Positions 8,644 through 18,920 of a stretch of 64,000 nucleotides of DNA are shown here, piece after piece. The translations under genes and the position numbers were made by a program. The stretch is taken from NCBI GenBank assembly GCA_015062435.1, contig SUUR01000005.1:5563-69562 (forward strand), read 5' to 3'. The notes below the pieces were generated by a model that searched no databases, was not told where the DNA came from, and worked only from the letters and a program-made list of their open reading frames with translations. Source of the DNA: Alphaproteobacteria bacterium (GTDB lineage Bacteria > Pseudomonadota > Alphaproteobacteria > RF32 > CAG-239). Every line of letters starts with the position of its first letter. Positions within the stretch are counted from its first letter, which is position 1.

Positions 8644-10782
8644 ATGGACATAAATAAAACAATAGAACCTCGCAGAAAACCTCAGCAAAACGGAGAAGAA
8701 GATCCGATTGTTGTGGCTCAGCGTTTCCTAAATATTTATAGGCAAATTCATATTTTTAATGCAGAAAAAAAACAAGCTTTTAATCAAATGTTATTGGAGC
8801 TTTCGCCTCAAATAAGAGGAATGTTCGGACAACTTCCGGGAGGAGCTTTATTACAAGACTATGTTGATGAGTTGGCTGAACAAGCAGGCGTTGAAAAGTC
8901 TATCCAAGCAAATGATGTAGAAATAGCAAGTGAAGATGTTAAGCAAGCTAAAATTTTAGCAACAGCATTGGCAGAAGCTCAAGTTCAGGCAACCACAAAA
9001 ATGCAAGAAATGGGGGTAGCTCCAATAGCCCCGATGCAGCCCGCTCAAGTATCACCTCCAACGCAGATTTCTTCTGCTCCGACAAAAATCTCTTTGGATA
9101 AAGATTTTGCTCAAGAATTAGCAGCTGCTATGGGTACAATAATTCAGCAAAACACTCAAAACCAAAATATTGAAATAAGGAATATTGTAAGCTCACTAGG
9201 AAAAGTGCAAACAGAAACAATTCAAGCCATTCAGCAAGAAAACTCTGCTCAACGCCAAGATTTTAAACAAATAGCTCAACTTATTGCTGCCAGCCAACTT
9301 CAGACAAAAAACAAACCGGCTCAAACTATCGGACCGGAAACAAAACACCTAATTGAAGTTCTTCTTGCCAACCAAAGGCAAATCAGCGAACGCATGGCTA
9401 AAATTGAATTAAAAACCATAAGCTCTCCGGAAAGTATTAAAGAGCAAATGACAATGCTGTGGCAACGAAGTGAACAAAATATGGGCAAAATGGTAGCTTT
9501 TTTGAGTGAACGCCAAAAAAAAGATGCTATGACTGTGGCAAAAATGATTTCCGAATCACAACAAAATATGTGGAAAATGGTGGCTCAAAACAACAATCTT
9601 AACCAAAATTCAGGCAATGCTACCGCAAACAACAATATTCAAATCAACTCTTCAGACTATTCGGCTGTTTTAAATTCAATTGCAGAAAAGCTTGGCGCAC
9701 TAAATACAGCACCGCAAAAAATCGAAGTTAACTTTCCTGAAAAAGCATTAAACGATATGGTACAAGTCCAATCGGCTTTATATCGACAAGTAGCATCAGA
9801 ACAGACTAAGGAACTTGCAAAATTGATCTTAGGAATGCCGACAGACAGGCTAAATAACAATATCAATGTTCCTACCGGTGAATCATCTGATCAGATTATT
9901 TTTAATGAACAAATACAAGAAAATAAGGCCGACGATTCTCAAGTTGATACTTCTTTTACGGAAACGGAAACGAATATAGAATTGCAAGAATCTACGGAAT
10001 TTGTTGAGAACGCACCTAAGAAAAAGAAGAAAAAAAAGAAAAAGAAAAAAAATATTATAACCAATCCTTTGTTTGCTCCTCCGGTTATTGATAATGACGA
10101 TGAAACTGAAACTGAAAATGACAATGATGATATTGTTATAGACACTTCAGAAACCAGTATTGATGATTTTTCTGAGCAAGAGCAAACTGATACGGAAAAA
10201 TTCAATGGTTTTGAGGATTTTGATGAAACAGAAAATATATTATCTGATTTAGATACGTCTTTTGATATCACATCTGAAATCGAGAACAAGTGGGAAACAG
10301 AAGAACTGAAAAATGATGATGTTGTTGAAAGTGATACTAAATATAACCTATCCGAAATACTGGATCTTAATTTTGAACCGGAAATAAATAATGATAATGA
10401 AGAATTGGATTCTTTAGAAAAAATCGCATCAGAATGGGGATTTGGCGAAGAAGATAATGAAAATGAAACCAATAGTAATCTTGATAATTACAATAACATA
10501 CAAACTGAAGAAATCAGCCAACTTGCCGAAGATGAAAACTCTGACTGGATTTGGGAATATGTAGAAGATAACACAGAATCCCAAGATAATGAAGAAATAT
10601 CATATATAGGGGAAAATTCTTATATTCAAAAAGGAGATTTATATTTCCAACAAAATGTTTATATGCCTAAAAAATTATCTTTTTCTGATTTTATGGGCAT
10701 TGAAAGAACTCCTCAGATTATACTTTCTACTGATGATGAAAATGGAGAAGATCCTTATAAAAATGGTGTTATAAAAAATTAA
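8644..10782 (+). CDS. Hypothetical 712-aa protein: Q-rich N-terminal half, 11-Lys tract, strongly acidic D/E/N-rich C-terminal half
   Basis: Long ORF with no hydrophobic span or signal peptide visible. Poly-K (PKKKKKKKKKKKN) is encoded at 10018-10050. The C-terminal half is low complexity (DNDDETETENDNDDIVIDTSETSIDDFSEQEQTD...). Confidence 0.5.
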   Translation: MDINKTIEPRRKPQQNGEEDPIVVAQRFLNIYRQIHIFNAEKKQAFNQMLLELSPQIRGMFGQLPGGALLQDYVDELAEQAGVEKSIQANDVEIASEDVKQAKILATALAEAQVQATTKMQEMGVAPIAPMQPAQVSPPTQISSAPTKISLDKDFAQELAAAMGTIIQQNTQNQNIEIRNIVSSLGKVQTETIQAIQQENSAQRQDFKQIAQLIAASQLQTKNKPAQTIGPETKHLIEVLLANQRQISERMAKIELKTISSPESIKEQMTMLWQRSEQNMGKMVAFLSERQKKDAMTVAKMISESQQNMWKMVAQNNNLNQNSGNATANNNIQINSSDYSAVLNSIAEKLGALNTAPQKIEVNFPEKALNDMVQVQSALYRQVASEQTKELAKLILGMPTDRLNNNINVPTGESSDQIIFNEQIQENKADDSQVDTSFTETETNIELQESTEFVENAPKKKKKKKKKKKNIITNPLFAPPVIDNDDETETENDNDDIVIDTSETSIDDFSEQEQTDTEKFNGFEDFDETENILSDLDTSFDITSEIENKWETEELKNDDVVESDTKYNLSEILDLNFEPEINNDNEELDSLEKIASEWGFGEEDNENETNSNLDNYNNIQTEEISQLAEDENSDWIWEYVEDNTESQDNEEISYIGENSYIQKGDLYFQQNVYMPKKLSFSDFMGIERTPQIILSTDDENGEDPYKNGVIKN

Positions 10783-10843
10783 AATAAAATTTACAAAATG
10801 TGGCAACTAATCTAAAATAAAATAAAATTTGGGAGTTTGCGCA

Positions 10844-11455
10844 ATGGAAAACAATAATTCTTTCAGTAGCGGTAAAGATACTAACGGTGACACTTGGTAT
10901 GTAGATAATTATGTTCTGCTTAAAGATTACTATGACAGAACAATATCCAGAATTGCCGCAAGATGTGTCAGAAGCGGAAATATTGCTATTGAAGAATATC
11001 CCTTTTATGGATATATACTTGATGTTCTGGAGGAAATCAGCGAAACAGGTGAATATATTTTATCACACCCTAATCTTCATCAATATGTGGAACGTAAAAT
11101 TGCTGGCGGTATTCAAAATTTGAAAAAAACATTAAATGAGTTTAAAACCGAATTGAAAAATAATTCTTCTCCAGAAATGATAAAACAAGATAAAGATGAA
11201 CTAAAAAAGATGAAAGAAGCACTTGGAATGGTTGATAAAGCAGTTGATCCGACCGTTGGTGCCGGAATGTCTATGGATGAAGTTATTAACAAATTGATGA
11301 AAAAGCAAGACAACCAGCAAAACGCAAGTAAAAACCAAAATAAACCAAATCAACAGCAAAATAAGTCTAATCCGCAAAGTATGCAACAACAAAAAAATAA
11401 TCAGCAAGCTCCCAGAAATATGCAATCATCACCTTTTAATAAAGGATCTAATTAA
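10844..11455 (+). CDS. Hypothetical ~203-aa soluble protein with a Q/N-rich tail
   Basis: The ORF track starts at a TTG (10829). The in-frame ATG at 10844 is preceded by gggag with 8-nt spacing. The tail reads NQQNASKNQNKPNQQQNKSNPQSMQQQKNNQQ. Confidence 0.45.
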   Translation: MENNNSFSSGKDTNGDTWYVDNYVLLKDYYDRTISRIAARCVRSGNIAIEEYPFYGYILDVLEEISETGEYILSHPNLHQYVERKIAGGIQNLKKTLNEFKTELKNNSSPEMIKQDKDELKKMKEALGMVDKAVDPTVGAGMSMDEVINKLMKKQDNQQNASKNQNKPNQQQNKSNPQSMQQQKNNQQAPRNMQSSPFNKGSN

Positions 11456-11457
11456 TT

Positions 11458-12705
11458 ATGAAAAATTGGCGCAACAGTTTTATTATCTGGATCATTGTTT
11501 TGGGAATTTCCAGTTGCGGTTGGAATATCACCAGTTCAAACGATATAGACAATGACAGATTCTCCGTTGTTATGCATAAACCGGACTATCCAACCATCAG
11601 AACACCTAAAGGAGCTGATCAACTTGACTTAGAAACTCCTTTAAGATGTTTTGTTAATTGGAACACCCAACAAATGATTTCAACCATTCCTTACAATATA
11701 AAAGCGTTTAATTTGGTAAGAAACGGAAGAAATGATTTGTTACCCAGATTTGAAGTAACCGGTTTCTCTTTTGAAACAATGTCCGCTGAAAAAGCTTTAT
11801 TAAAACTTACAAAAGAAGCTGATATCAAACTTGTTGCAAAAGATGCACCTTATACCAGTATATCCGCAGATAACTTGCATGGAGAATTAACGGAGGTTAT
11901 TGATATAATTGCCGATGCAGCAGAAATTTATTATACCTATAACTCAACCAATAAAACTTTGAGAATCAGTCGAAAAGCAAACTTCAGTTTATATGTTCCT
12001 CAATCAAGACCCATTTTGTTAGCAATCTTAGATGTCTTAAGAGGTGCAGGAATAACTGATTTTACTGCAGATTTTGATGATTATACGATAACGTTTGATG
12101 CTGATTATGAGCTAAAAAACAGAATTATGAATTTGATAAGCTATTTTGAAGATAATCCTATTTTAATTGCTTATGATGTAAGAGTTTTTACAATCTATCC
12201 TTATAATAAAAAAGATATTGATTGGCAAAGTATGCTAAATGCTTTTGATTTCGGCTCAGTTAAAACGGCTCAAAGCGGAGTATTGGGAAGAATATTGACC
12301 ACTTCTAACGATATAAATGTAGATAGCTTAAAAACTTTTTTAGGCTCACAAGCAAAGGTTAAGCAAGTTGCTGAAGGAAAATTTGTGGTTCCTGACCAAT
12401 GGTTTTCACGCTTTGATATAGGTAAGTGTGCAAACAAATATTCTGCCGAGCATAATCTTTCAATCCTAGCAAAATCATCTTTTGAGCAAGGAAACAAAAT
12501 ATTTGCAGATATTACTTTGGAAGCCAGAGATGGAGAAATAACTCAATTTAGTACTAGAAGTAAACTCGGTGAAAACTTCTTGATTATAGGAATTCCCAAT
12601 GCAATTTTCGGAATCAACGAGCCTAAGTCTGAAACTATTGTTTTTATGGTACCAAGAATTATAAAAACACTCAAAACATCTAAACATTTAGAAAATAACA
12701 TCTAA
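11458..12705 (+). CDS. Short secretin-like outer-membrane lipoprotein (tentative)
   Basis: Lipobox LGISSCGW after a hydrophobic leader. The C-terminal half reads like a compact secretin domain: ILIAYDVRVFTIYPYNKKDIDWQSML (compare the qVlIea..vev....lGi.W pattern), ...IFADITLEARDGEITQFS..., and the ending ENFLIIGIPNAIFGINEPKSETIVFMVPRIIK (compare iP.lG.lF....e.lifitPriv). Confidence 0.4.
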   Translation: MKNWRNSFIIWIIVLGISSCGWNITSSNDIDNDRFSVVMHKPDYPTIRTPKGADQLDLETPLRCFVNWNTQQMISTIPYNIKAFNLVRNGRNDLLPRFEVTGFSFETMSAEKALLKLTKEADIKLVAKDAPYTSISADNLHGELTEVIDIIADAAEIYYTYNSTNKTLRISRKANFSLYVPQSRPILLAILDVLRGAGITDFTADFDDYTITFDADYELKNRIMNLISYFEDNPILIAYDVRVFTIYPYNKKDIDWQSMLNAFDFGSVKTAQSGVLGRILTTSNDINVDSLKTFLGSQAKVKQVAEGKFVVPDQWFSRFDIGKCANKYSAEHNLSILAKSSFEQGNKIFADITLEARDGEITQFSTRSKLGENFLIIGIPNAIFGINEPKSETIVFMVPRIIKTLKTSKHLENNI

Positions 12706-12712
12706 GGATTTT

Positions 12713-13393
12713 GTGATGACAGATAACAATACATATATACAAAGACCAATGCTAAAAAAAGTTAAAAGACCTTTGAACAGAGCTCCCCAAAACCCTAGCA
12801 TGCCGGTTAAGCACGCTACAATATCAGAACAAAAACCGGTAGCATTACATAATCCGTTTAATCAAGAGAAAAACTCTTTACAAAAAAATTTTTCATCTGA
12901 TGAAGAACTGAATCTTGATAAACTTTTGGACAGTGAGTTACCAGAACCTCAAAAACAAGAGGTTAACCAACATCCGGAATTTCTTCAGGAATTTGATGAA
13001 AATGAAAACAATAATGTTGCAACAGCATTGCCGGCTTATTTAACTAAAAACTCATTATTATTACTTGCCTGCGTCATTTTATTTATAGGAATTCTTGGCG
13101 GAAAATTTATATTTGCAGAATCTAAAGTTGTACGAAACGGTTTGCAAGGTGTGGTATTTAATCCGGAAGTTCCCAGAGGCAGAGCAAGATGTGGTGTGGC
13201 TGAAAGATCTCAAGGGTGCGTATTATATGTGATGAATCCGCAACGACAAGAATTGGTTGCCAGAGATTTTTATGACTTAGCATCTCAAATGACTGGTAGG
13301 CAACGTTTTGTTATTGAAACGGGAAATATGCGCTATTCAAACACCAAAATCCGTCCCGGTGACATCGCTCAATTAAATATTCCTCCATTATAA
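12713..13393 (+). CDS. Hypothetical bitopic membrane protein (start possibly the ATG at 12716)
   Basis: 226-aa ORF with a hydrophilic acidic N-terminus, one TM span (LLLLACVILFIGILGGKFIF), and a ~85-aa C-terminal domain with a Cys pair (RCGVAERSQGCV). It ends 11 nt from the convergent virB11 stop. Confidence 0.45.
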   Translation: MMTDNNTYIQRPMLKKVKRPLNRAPQNPSMPVKHATISEQKPVALHNPFNQEKNSLQKNFSSDEELNLDKLLDSELPEPQKQEVNQHPEFLQEFDENENNNVATALPAYLTKNSLLLLACVILFIGILGGKFIFAESKVVRNGLQGVVFNPEVPRGRARCGVAERSQGCVLYVMNPQRQELVARDFYDLASQMTGRQRFVIETGNMRYSNTKIRPGDIAQLNIPPL

Positions 13394-13404
13394 TCGGTAG
13401 ATGA

Positions 13405-14373
13405 TTATGTAATTTCGGTTACCGCACGAAGGTTTCCATCTCTGTTGATTTGGACAACTCTGAGTTTTTGGCGCATTTCTTCAATGGTTTTTTTACGATC
13501 AATAGTTGGATATGTGTGTAAAATTCTATCTGTGAAAGCTTGATATGCAGCTTCTGAATTTTCAGCGTGAATGGTTGCTAAACAGTTATCGTGTCCTGAC
13601 CCCATAAGTTCCCATATTGCACCGGCGTTTCCGGTTGAAATCTCTCCTCCGATAATGGCATCAGGAGTGAAACGTACGACCAAGTCAATAATCTTAGCGT
13701 AATTAAGTGCATTGGTTTGTTCAGTACGAGATAAAACTAAGTGTACTCTGTTAGGATGTGGAACAATAAGTTCTCTGGTATCTTCTATAGTCAGTATTCT
13801 TTTGTTTATATCTAAAATTTTAAGAAGATTGTTCAAAAAAGTAGTTTTACCTGTTGATGTTGCACCGGAAACTAAGATATGGTCACCTCTTTTGATACTC
13901 AATAATAAACGCTCATAAGGATCTTCAGGATCTTTAATTTCTTTAAGCACATTGATTTTATGTAGTTTACTTCCTTGTGTTAACCCATAATCTCCCAACC
14001 CAAAAGCAACGTCATCTGCATGGACACGAATTGTTAAGGCGATACCACCGGTTAAGTCATCATTATCATACATAACATTACGTCCACATATTGCAGAAAA
14101 ACGATGTTCTCCGGGTATTGCAGCATATACAACAGGGTTACCTTCAACGGGGTCAAAAGGTAGCTCATAGGTATTAGCTATGATATATAATAAATCTGTA
14201 AGATATTCTTTGGTGAGCTTTTCATCTTTGTGCATTACCCATGGATATGCTCTTTTTCCTCTCAACCTCAACCATATTTGTCCGGAACGATTGATTGCCA
14301 CTTCCTCGATATTGTCTTGGTTGTACCAGTAAGATAATGGTCTTAAAACAGATTCTAAAACAGCAAAACTCAT
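13405..14373 (-). CDS. virB11: VirB11 family T4SS traffic ATPase
   Basis: 322 aa. Walker A GATSTGKTT, Asp box RILTIEDTRELIV, Walker B region RFTPDAIIGGEI, His box GSGHDNCLATIHA. Lies 9 nt downstream of virB10. Confidence 0.9.
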   Translation of the reverse strand: MSFAVLESVLRPLSYWYNQDNIEEVAINRSGQIWLRLRGKRAYPWVMHKDEKLTKEYLTDLLYIIANTYELPFDPVEGNPVVYAAIPGEHRFSAICGRNVMYDNDDLTGGIALTIRVHADDVAFGLGDYGLTQGSKLHKINVLKEIKDPEDPYERLLLSIKRGDHILVSGATSTGKTTFLNNLLKILDINKRILTIEDTRELIVPHPNRVHLVLSRTEQTNALNYAKIIDLVVRFTPDAIIGGEISTGNAGAIWELMGSGHDNCLATIHAENSEAAYQAFTDRILHTYPTIDRKKTIEEMRQKLRVVQINRDGNLRAVTEIT

Positions 14374-14382
14374 GGTTATCTC

Positions 14383-17300
14383 CTAAAATAGGGCGGGTAT
14401 ACTACTATCTGCAACGTCTTCATCTTTTGATGAGGTTTTGCCGGTAGATGGCTTTTGAGATGTTTGGCCTGATGATGTTGTCGGCGGAGGAGGAGGTGCT
14501 ATGTATGTTGGATTTTTCTTTTTTGGAGCTCCATCATCAATAAGCGGTGTTGGCCGATTAGCTTGTACTCCACCATTCCCATCGGCACTGTAAACTACAT
14601 CTCCACCGGCAGAAACTGCAGTAGATGACGGCTGTGGTGCTCCCATACCGATAGTTATATCACCTTTTCGTTTGTCATCAATCAAGACATTGGGTTTTTG
14701 AGAATTAAATGTTGCACTTTCTTCGGCATCTCTATCAACTGTTCGCAACCATAAATCAGTATTGGGAAATACGATGATTCTGGTTCCGGCCGGAATGTAT
14801 GTCAGAGCTTTAATATTAGCCTTGTCTGCCAAAATTTCATCAAAGACCTGATTCATTTCTTGAATAAAGTTATCACGAGCATCATTAGCAGCTTGTTGAC
14901 GAGGAGTTTCATCTTCCCCTTCGCCATCATCTTTAGGAGCCATAAAGTATGATGTGGCACTAGTCAAGCTTGTAGTAAGAACCGGCAATGTATATTTCTT
15001 AAATAATTGTTGATCAACATAACCTAAAGCACCACCTCGACCTTGAGCATCAGCAGTTAAACCCTGAAATACAAATAATGATCCATCAGGACGGATTAAG
15101 CGTTCCCAAGAAATCTGAACTCGTGCTGCTTCTGATACTTCTTCTGTTCCGGCCGTTACACCTCCAAGAGTACCAATTAAACGGCTACCGGCAGGTATTA
15201 TTACGTTTCTGCCCTCTTCAGCATATACATTTCTTTCTACAAATGCTGTTATCGGAGCCGGATTGCTGGAATCTATAGCTCGAGCAATAACAGCCGGTAT
15301 GGGTTTATCTGATAATATCATCTCACTCATATTTACACGCCATGATGATATTACTTTGGAGATACCTTGCTCTGACCAATCTTTTTGCGTTCCGTCAAAA
15401 GCTTCTTTGCGGAGACCGCTACTTATTTTTCCTACTGTTATATTTTGTCGGCGTTGCATTAATGCTGCATTTAGGGCTGCTTGGCGCATCGGATCATATC
15501 GTTCTCCCGGGCCATATCCACCTCCAGGTCCTAAGTTTCCGGGAGCACCTTTACCGGTACCATAAGCACCACCATCACCATAACTTCCCGGAGGAACAAA
15601 AACTCCGCCTTTTTTGCCCTCTTCTGTCAAGCTAACCTCTTCCAAACCGATGAGATTACCATCTTTATCAATAACCAATCCGTCCGGCATTAGCTTGCCA
15701 AGTATATTACCATCTTTATCTACGACGGTTTTATCCTCCATAATATCACCGAGATATTCTCCATCAGGAGTAAGGGCTATCCCTAAAGAACGTTGATATT
15801 GTTCACTTTCCAACAGCTCCAATGCAGGTGAAATATCTTCGTTTTCTCTGGGTTTTGGAGCTGGGGCCGATACTTTTTCATACCAATTATAGCCTATGCC
15901 ACCTATGATATTTCCGTTGGCATCAACAACAACTCCGTTTCCTTTTAATTCACCGATAACTTTACCATTGGCATCAACAACTTTTCCTGCAGAATTAACA
16001 GTTCCGATAACCTCTCCCTGATTGTTATACACGGGAGCGTTAATAACAGCTTTGTTGATGACATTTCCTTCAGAATCGAGAATATTTCCCTCTGTGTCTA
16101 ATTTACCTATAATTTCCCCGTCATCATTTACAAGATTTCCATCTTCATCTTTATAGCCGATAAAGTTACCTTCGGTATCAAAAACCTTTTCTCGCTCCGG
16201 TGTTGATATTTTACTATAATATTGCAAAGGATATGCCGTTGCGATGAGCTTATTATCGGAATTAAAAATTTGACCACTGTTTTGTAAAGTTCCTACTTTT
16301 TCCTGTTTATTGTTAACAACATCTCCATTAGCTAATAAAAAGCCTATAACTGTATGATTTTTATCTCTAATATTGTAATCTCTATTGCCTCGCCCGATAA
16401 GAGTATCTTCTTTATCAACAACAAATCCTTTATTTATTTTACCCAGATTTTGATTATTAAATGAACTGACTTCACCTTTACGATTAATAAAACCGATTAC
16501 ATCGTTATCTGCATTGTATACATATAAATCATATAATGCGTAGCCTATTTTTTTGTTTCCGGAGACAACATTTCCTTCAAAATCAACTTTAGCAATTGAT
16601 TTTCCTTTATTATCAATAACCATACCCTGATGATTAATAATACCGATCATACGGTTATCTGTTCCAAAAGCATATTTATATTCCAATATTGCCCCTATGG
16701 GTAATCCCGATGATGAGTTCACGTTACCATCAGGTTGTTGATAACCGATAATGCGGTCATCTTCGTCTACGATGGAACCGTTCAATATACTGCGGCCGAT
16801 TATATCTCCATCAAAATCTATGGCTGTGGAATAAGATATTGTTCTTCCGATAATGTGAGAATCCGCATTTTGTAATAATCCGTCTTTTCTAATACAACCG
16901 AGTTCAGCTCCGTCTACGGATAATACCTTGCCATTGGCTCCGACATAACCGATTATTTTTCCGCCGGTATCTATAACAGGAGAAGGATCAACAACAAACC
17001 CTAAGAATGAACCGCTATCTGTTATCACTTGTTTGTTTGCTAAAATTTTGCCTAAATACGATCCTCTAAAATTATTAACCCCGCCTCTATCACTAACAAC
17101 TCCTACAAAAGAACATTCGCCATCAATTACCGCACCATAATTATGAATTACACCGATTGCGAGATTATTATTGTCTACTACCATTCCGTTTTCATTGACT
17201 GTTCCAATCTTAGAACCGTTGGTACCGTTTACATTGCCCAAAACATCCACATATCCTAAAAGCTCTCCGCCATATCCAAGAGCAAGACTTGATGAAAATG

Positions 17301-18918
17301 CTTTACCGATAGCGGGCATGTAACTTACCTCTTTAGAACTTTTTATAACAGTATTATCCGGCAAAACTTTACCTATAATTTTTTTAGCAAAATCAATTAC
17401 TAAATTATTGGCAGATAACAATCCTTTTTGATTTTCTTCTAAAGTTACAAATGTAGTGTTTTCACCTTTTCCAATGAGTTCACCTTTAGTATCGACAACA
17501 TAACCTCCATATAAGATTTTTCCGATTATATTGCTTGCAATATCAATAGCATCCCCATCAGTCCCAACCAATCCGGAAAAAATTCCGTTAGCATTATATA
17601 AAGAAGATATAGGCAGAGTACTTCCCTGCAAATCACCATCTTGATTGAACACATATCCTAACGGAGATGCATAGCTTTCTCCTCCGTTAACAGACAGCTT
17701 TCCGCTAATTCCGGATATATCTACAAAAGAATTATTATTATCATAAACAGCATAGTTTGAATAAGTTTCACCCATTGAGTATCCGGATAAATCAAAAGCA
17801 TTTTTTCCAATCATATATCCGATTGGTGTTCCACTTAAAGCAACAACTTGACCATTGCTCATCGCATGACCTTTGACACTGCCTTTATAATCGAGAACCG
17901 GTCCGGTAGCTATTACTTGCCCCACCGGTAAGTCGTCATTATTTACGACTATTCCTTTGGAAATAATCTTGCCCGTTATATCTTTGCTTTTTGCTAATTT
18001 TCCGTCAGGAAGAAGCCGGCCTATATATCGACCTTTGAAATCAGATGCGGTGCTTGCAAAATCTAAGCTATAACCGATAATCTTATCAGACGCATCAACA
18101 ATAAGCCCATCAGCTCTGATACTACCGATTTTTTTCTCTCCATCGACTACTTCTCCATTATAGGTAACCACGCCCAAATATTCACCATCATTCTTAAACG
18201 CAAAAGATGATCTGACAATATGGCCAATAATCTTATTTTGAGAATCGTAAACATATCCGTTTGCTTTTATTTTTCCGATTTCGTTAGCATCAAAGTCATA
18301 AACGGTTCCTCCGGGGAAAACGCTTCCCATAAAATTTCCTTGTAAAGAAACAACCATTTTGGAAGACATCAATCTTCCCTCTAAAAGGTAGTCAGTATCT
18401 ATTTTACGATACGCATAACCATCAGGAGTTACAATACCGATACGTTGACCTTGCAGATTAGAATAGTATCCGTCACCGGTCACCCGACCAACAGTATCTC
18501 CGCTATCCGAATACACTAATCCGGGAAAAACAACTCCCCCGATAATTTCAAAATAGTCATTTATAACCAAACCGGTAGGAAGAACTCTTCCAACAACCTG
18601 ACCGGAAGGCATTCTAACTGCTCCATCACTGCCGACTTTTCCCAAAATGCGAGCGTCTGTTCCGATAGCAATACCTTGCGGGATAACACCACCGATAAGT
18701 TTACCATCAAAATTTACAATCAAACTGTCTGCCGTGATATTTCCGACCAGACGATTCTCAAAACCAACAACTTTTCCATCAGGAATAACTTTTCCCAAGA
18801 TATCGCCATCGAAATTGATTGCCGTAATTTCTTGCGCATCAGCGACAGTGACTATGTTTGCAAAAAAAACAGTCAGCAAAAAGTATTTTACAGCTTTAAA
18901 CATTTTTTTCATGTTCAA
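14383..18918 (-). CDS. virB10: VirB10/TrbI-family T4SS core protein, 1511 aa, with a ~1000-aa N-terminal 17-residue repeat array and a Pro-rich C-terminal tail
   Basis: TrbI-type core at roughly aa 1130-1380: ...PIPAVIARAIDS...NVIIPAGSRLIGTLGG...RVQISWERLIRPDGS...LTYIPAGTRIIVFPNTDLWL. The N-terminus is signal-like (FLLTVFFANIVTVADAQE), followed by repeats such as ILGKVIPDGKVVGFENR and LVGNITADSLIVNFDGK. The annotated start is a TTG 8 nt after GGAGG; an alternative ATG is at 18912. Confidence 0.85.
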   Translation of the reverse strand: MNMKKMFKAVKYFLLTVFFANIVTVADAQEITAINFDGDILGKVIPDGKVVGFENRLVGNITADSLIVNFDGKLIGGVIPQGIAIGTDARILGKVGSDGAVRMPSGQVVGRVLPTGLVINDYFEIIGGVVFPGLVYSDSGDTVGRVTGDGYYSNLQGQRIGIVTPDGYAYRKIDTDYLLEGRLMSSKMVVSLQGNFMGSVFPGGTVYDFDANEIGKIKANGYVYDSQNKIIGHIVRSSFAFKNDGEYLGVVTYNGEVVDGEKKIGSIRADGLIVDASDKIIGYSLDFASTASDFKGRYIGRLLPDGKLAKSKDITGKIISKGIVVNNDDLPVGQVIATGPVLDYKGSVKGHAMSNGQVVALSGTPIGYMIGKNAFDLSGYSMGETYSNYAVYDNNNSFVDISGISGKLSVNGGESYASPLGYVFNQDGDLQGSTLPISSLYNANGIFSGLVGTDGDAIDIASNIIGKILYGGYVVDTKGELIGKGENTTFVTLEENQKGLLSANNLVIDFAKKIIGKVLPDNTVIKSSKEVSYMPAIGKAFSSSLALGYGGELLGYVDVLGNVNGTNGSKIGTVNENGMVVDNNNLAIGVIHNYGAVIDGECSFVGVVSDRGGVNNFRGSYLGKILANKQVITDSGSFLGFVVDPSPVIDTGGKIIGYVGANGKVLSVDGAELGCIRKDGLLQNADSHIIGRTISYSTAIDFDGDIIGRSILNGSIVDEDDRIIGYQQPDGNVNSSSGLPIGAILEYKYAFGTDNRMIGIINHQGMVIDNKGKSIAKVDFEGNVVSGNKKIGYALYDLYVYNADNDVIGFINRKGEVSSFNNQNLGKINKGFVVDKEDTLIGRGNRDYNIRDKNHTVIGFLLANGDVVNNKQEKVGTLQNSGQIFNSDNKLIATAYPLQYYSKISTPEREKVFDTEGNFIGYKDEDGNLVNDDGEIIGKLDTEGNILDSEGNVINKAVINAPVYNNQGEVIGTVNSAGKVVDANGKVIGELKGNGVVVDANGNIIGGIGYNWYEKVSAPAPKPRENEDISPALELLESEQYQRSLGIALTPDGEYLGDIMEDKTVVDKDGNILGKLMPDGLVIDKDGNLIGLEEVSLTEEGKKGGVFVPPGSYGDGGAYGTGKGAPGNLGPGGGYGPGERYDPMRQAALNAALMQRRQNITVGKISSGLRKEAFDGTQKDWSEQGISKVISSWRVNMSEMILSDKPIPAVIARAIDSSNPAPITAFVERNVYAEEGRNVIIPAGSRLIGTLGGVTAGTEEVSEAARVQISWERLIRPDGSLFVFQGLTADAQGRGGALGYVDQQLFKKYTLPVLTTSLTSATSYFMAPKDDGEGEDETPRQQAANDARDNFIQEMNQVFDEILADKANIKALTYIPAGTRIIVFPNTDLWLRTVDRDAEESATFNSQKPNVLIDDKRKGDITIGMGAPQPSSTAVSAGGDVVYSADGNGGVQANRPTPLIDDGAPKKKNPTYIAPPPPPTTSSGQTSQKPSTGKTSSKDEDVADSSIPALF

Positions 18919-18920
18919 AT

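Noticed and set aside
9939..10472. 177-aa antisense ORF (S/F-rich, with a poly-F run) inside the 712-aa gene
   Set aside because: It is the complement of the acidic low-complexity and poly-K coding tract. The poly-F run is simply the reverse complement of poly-K.
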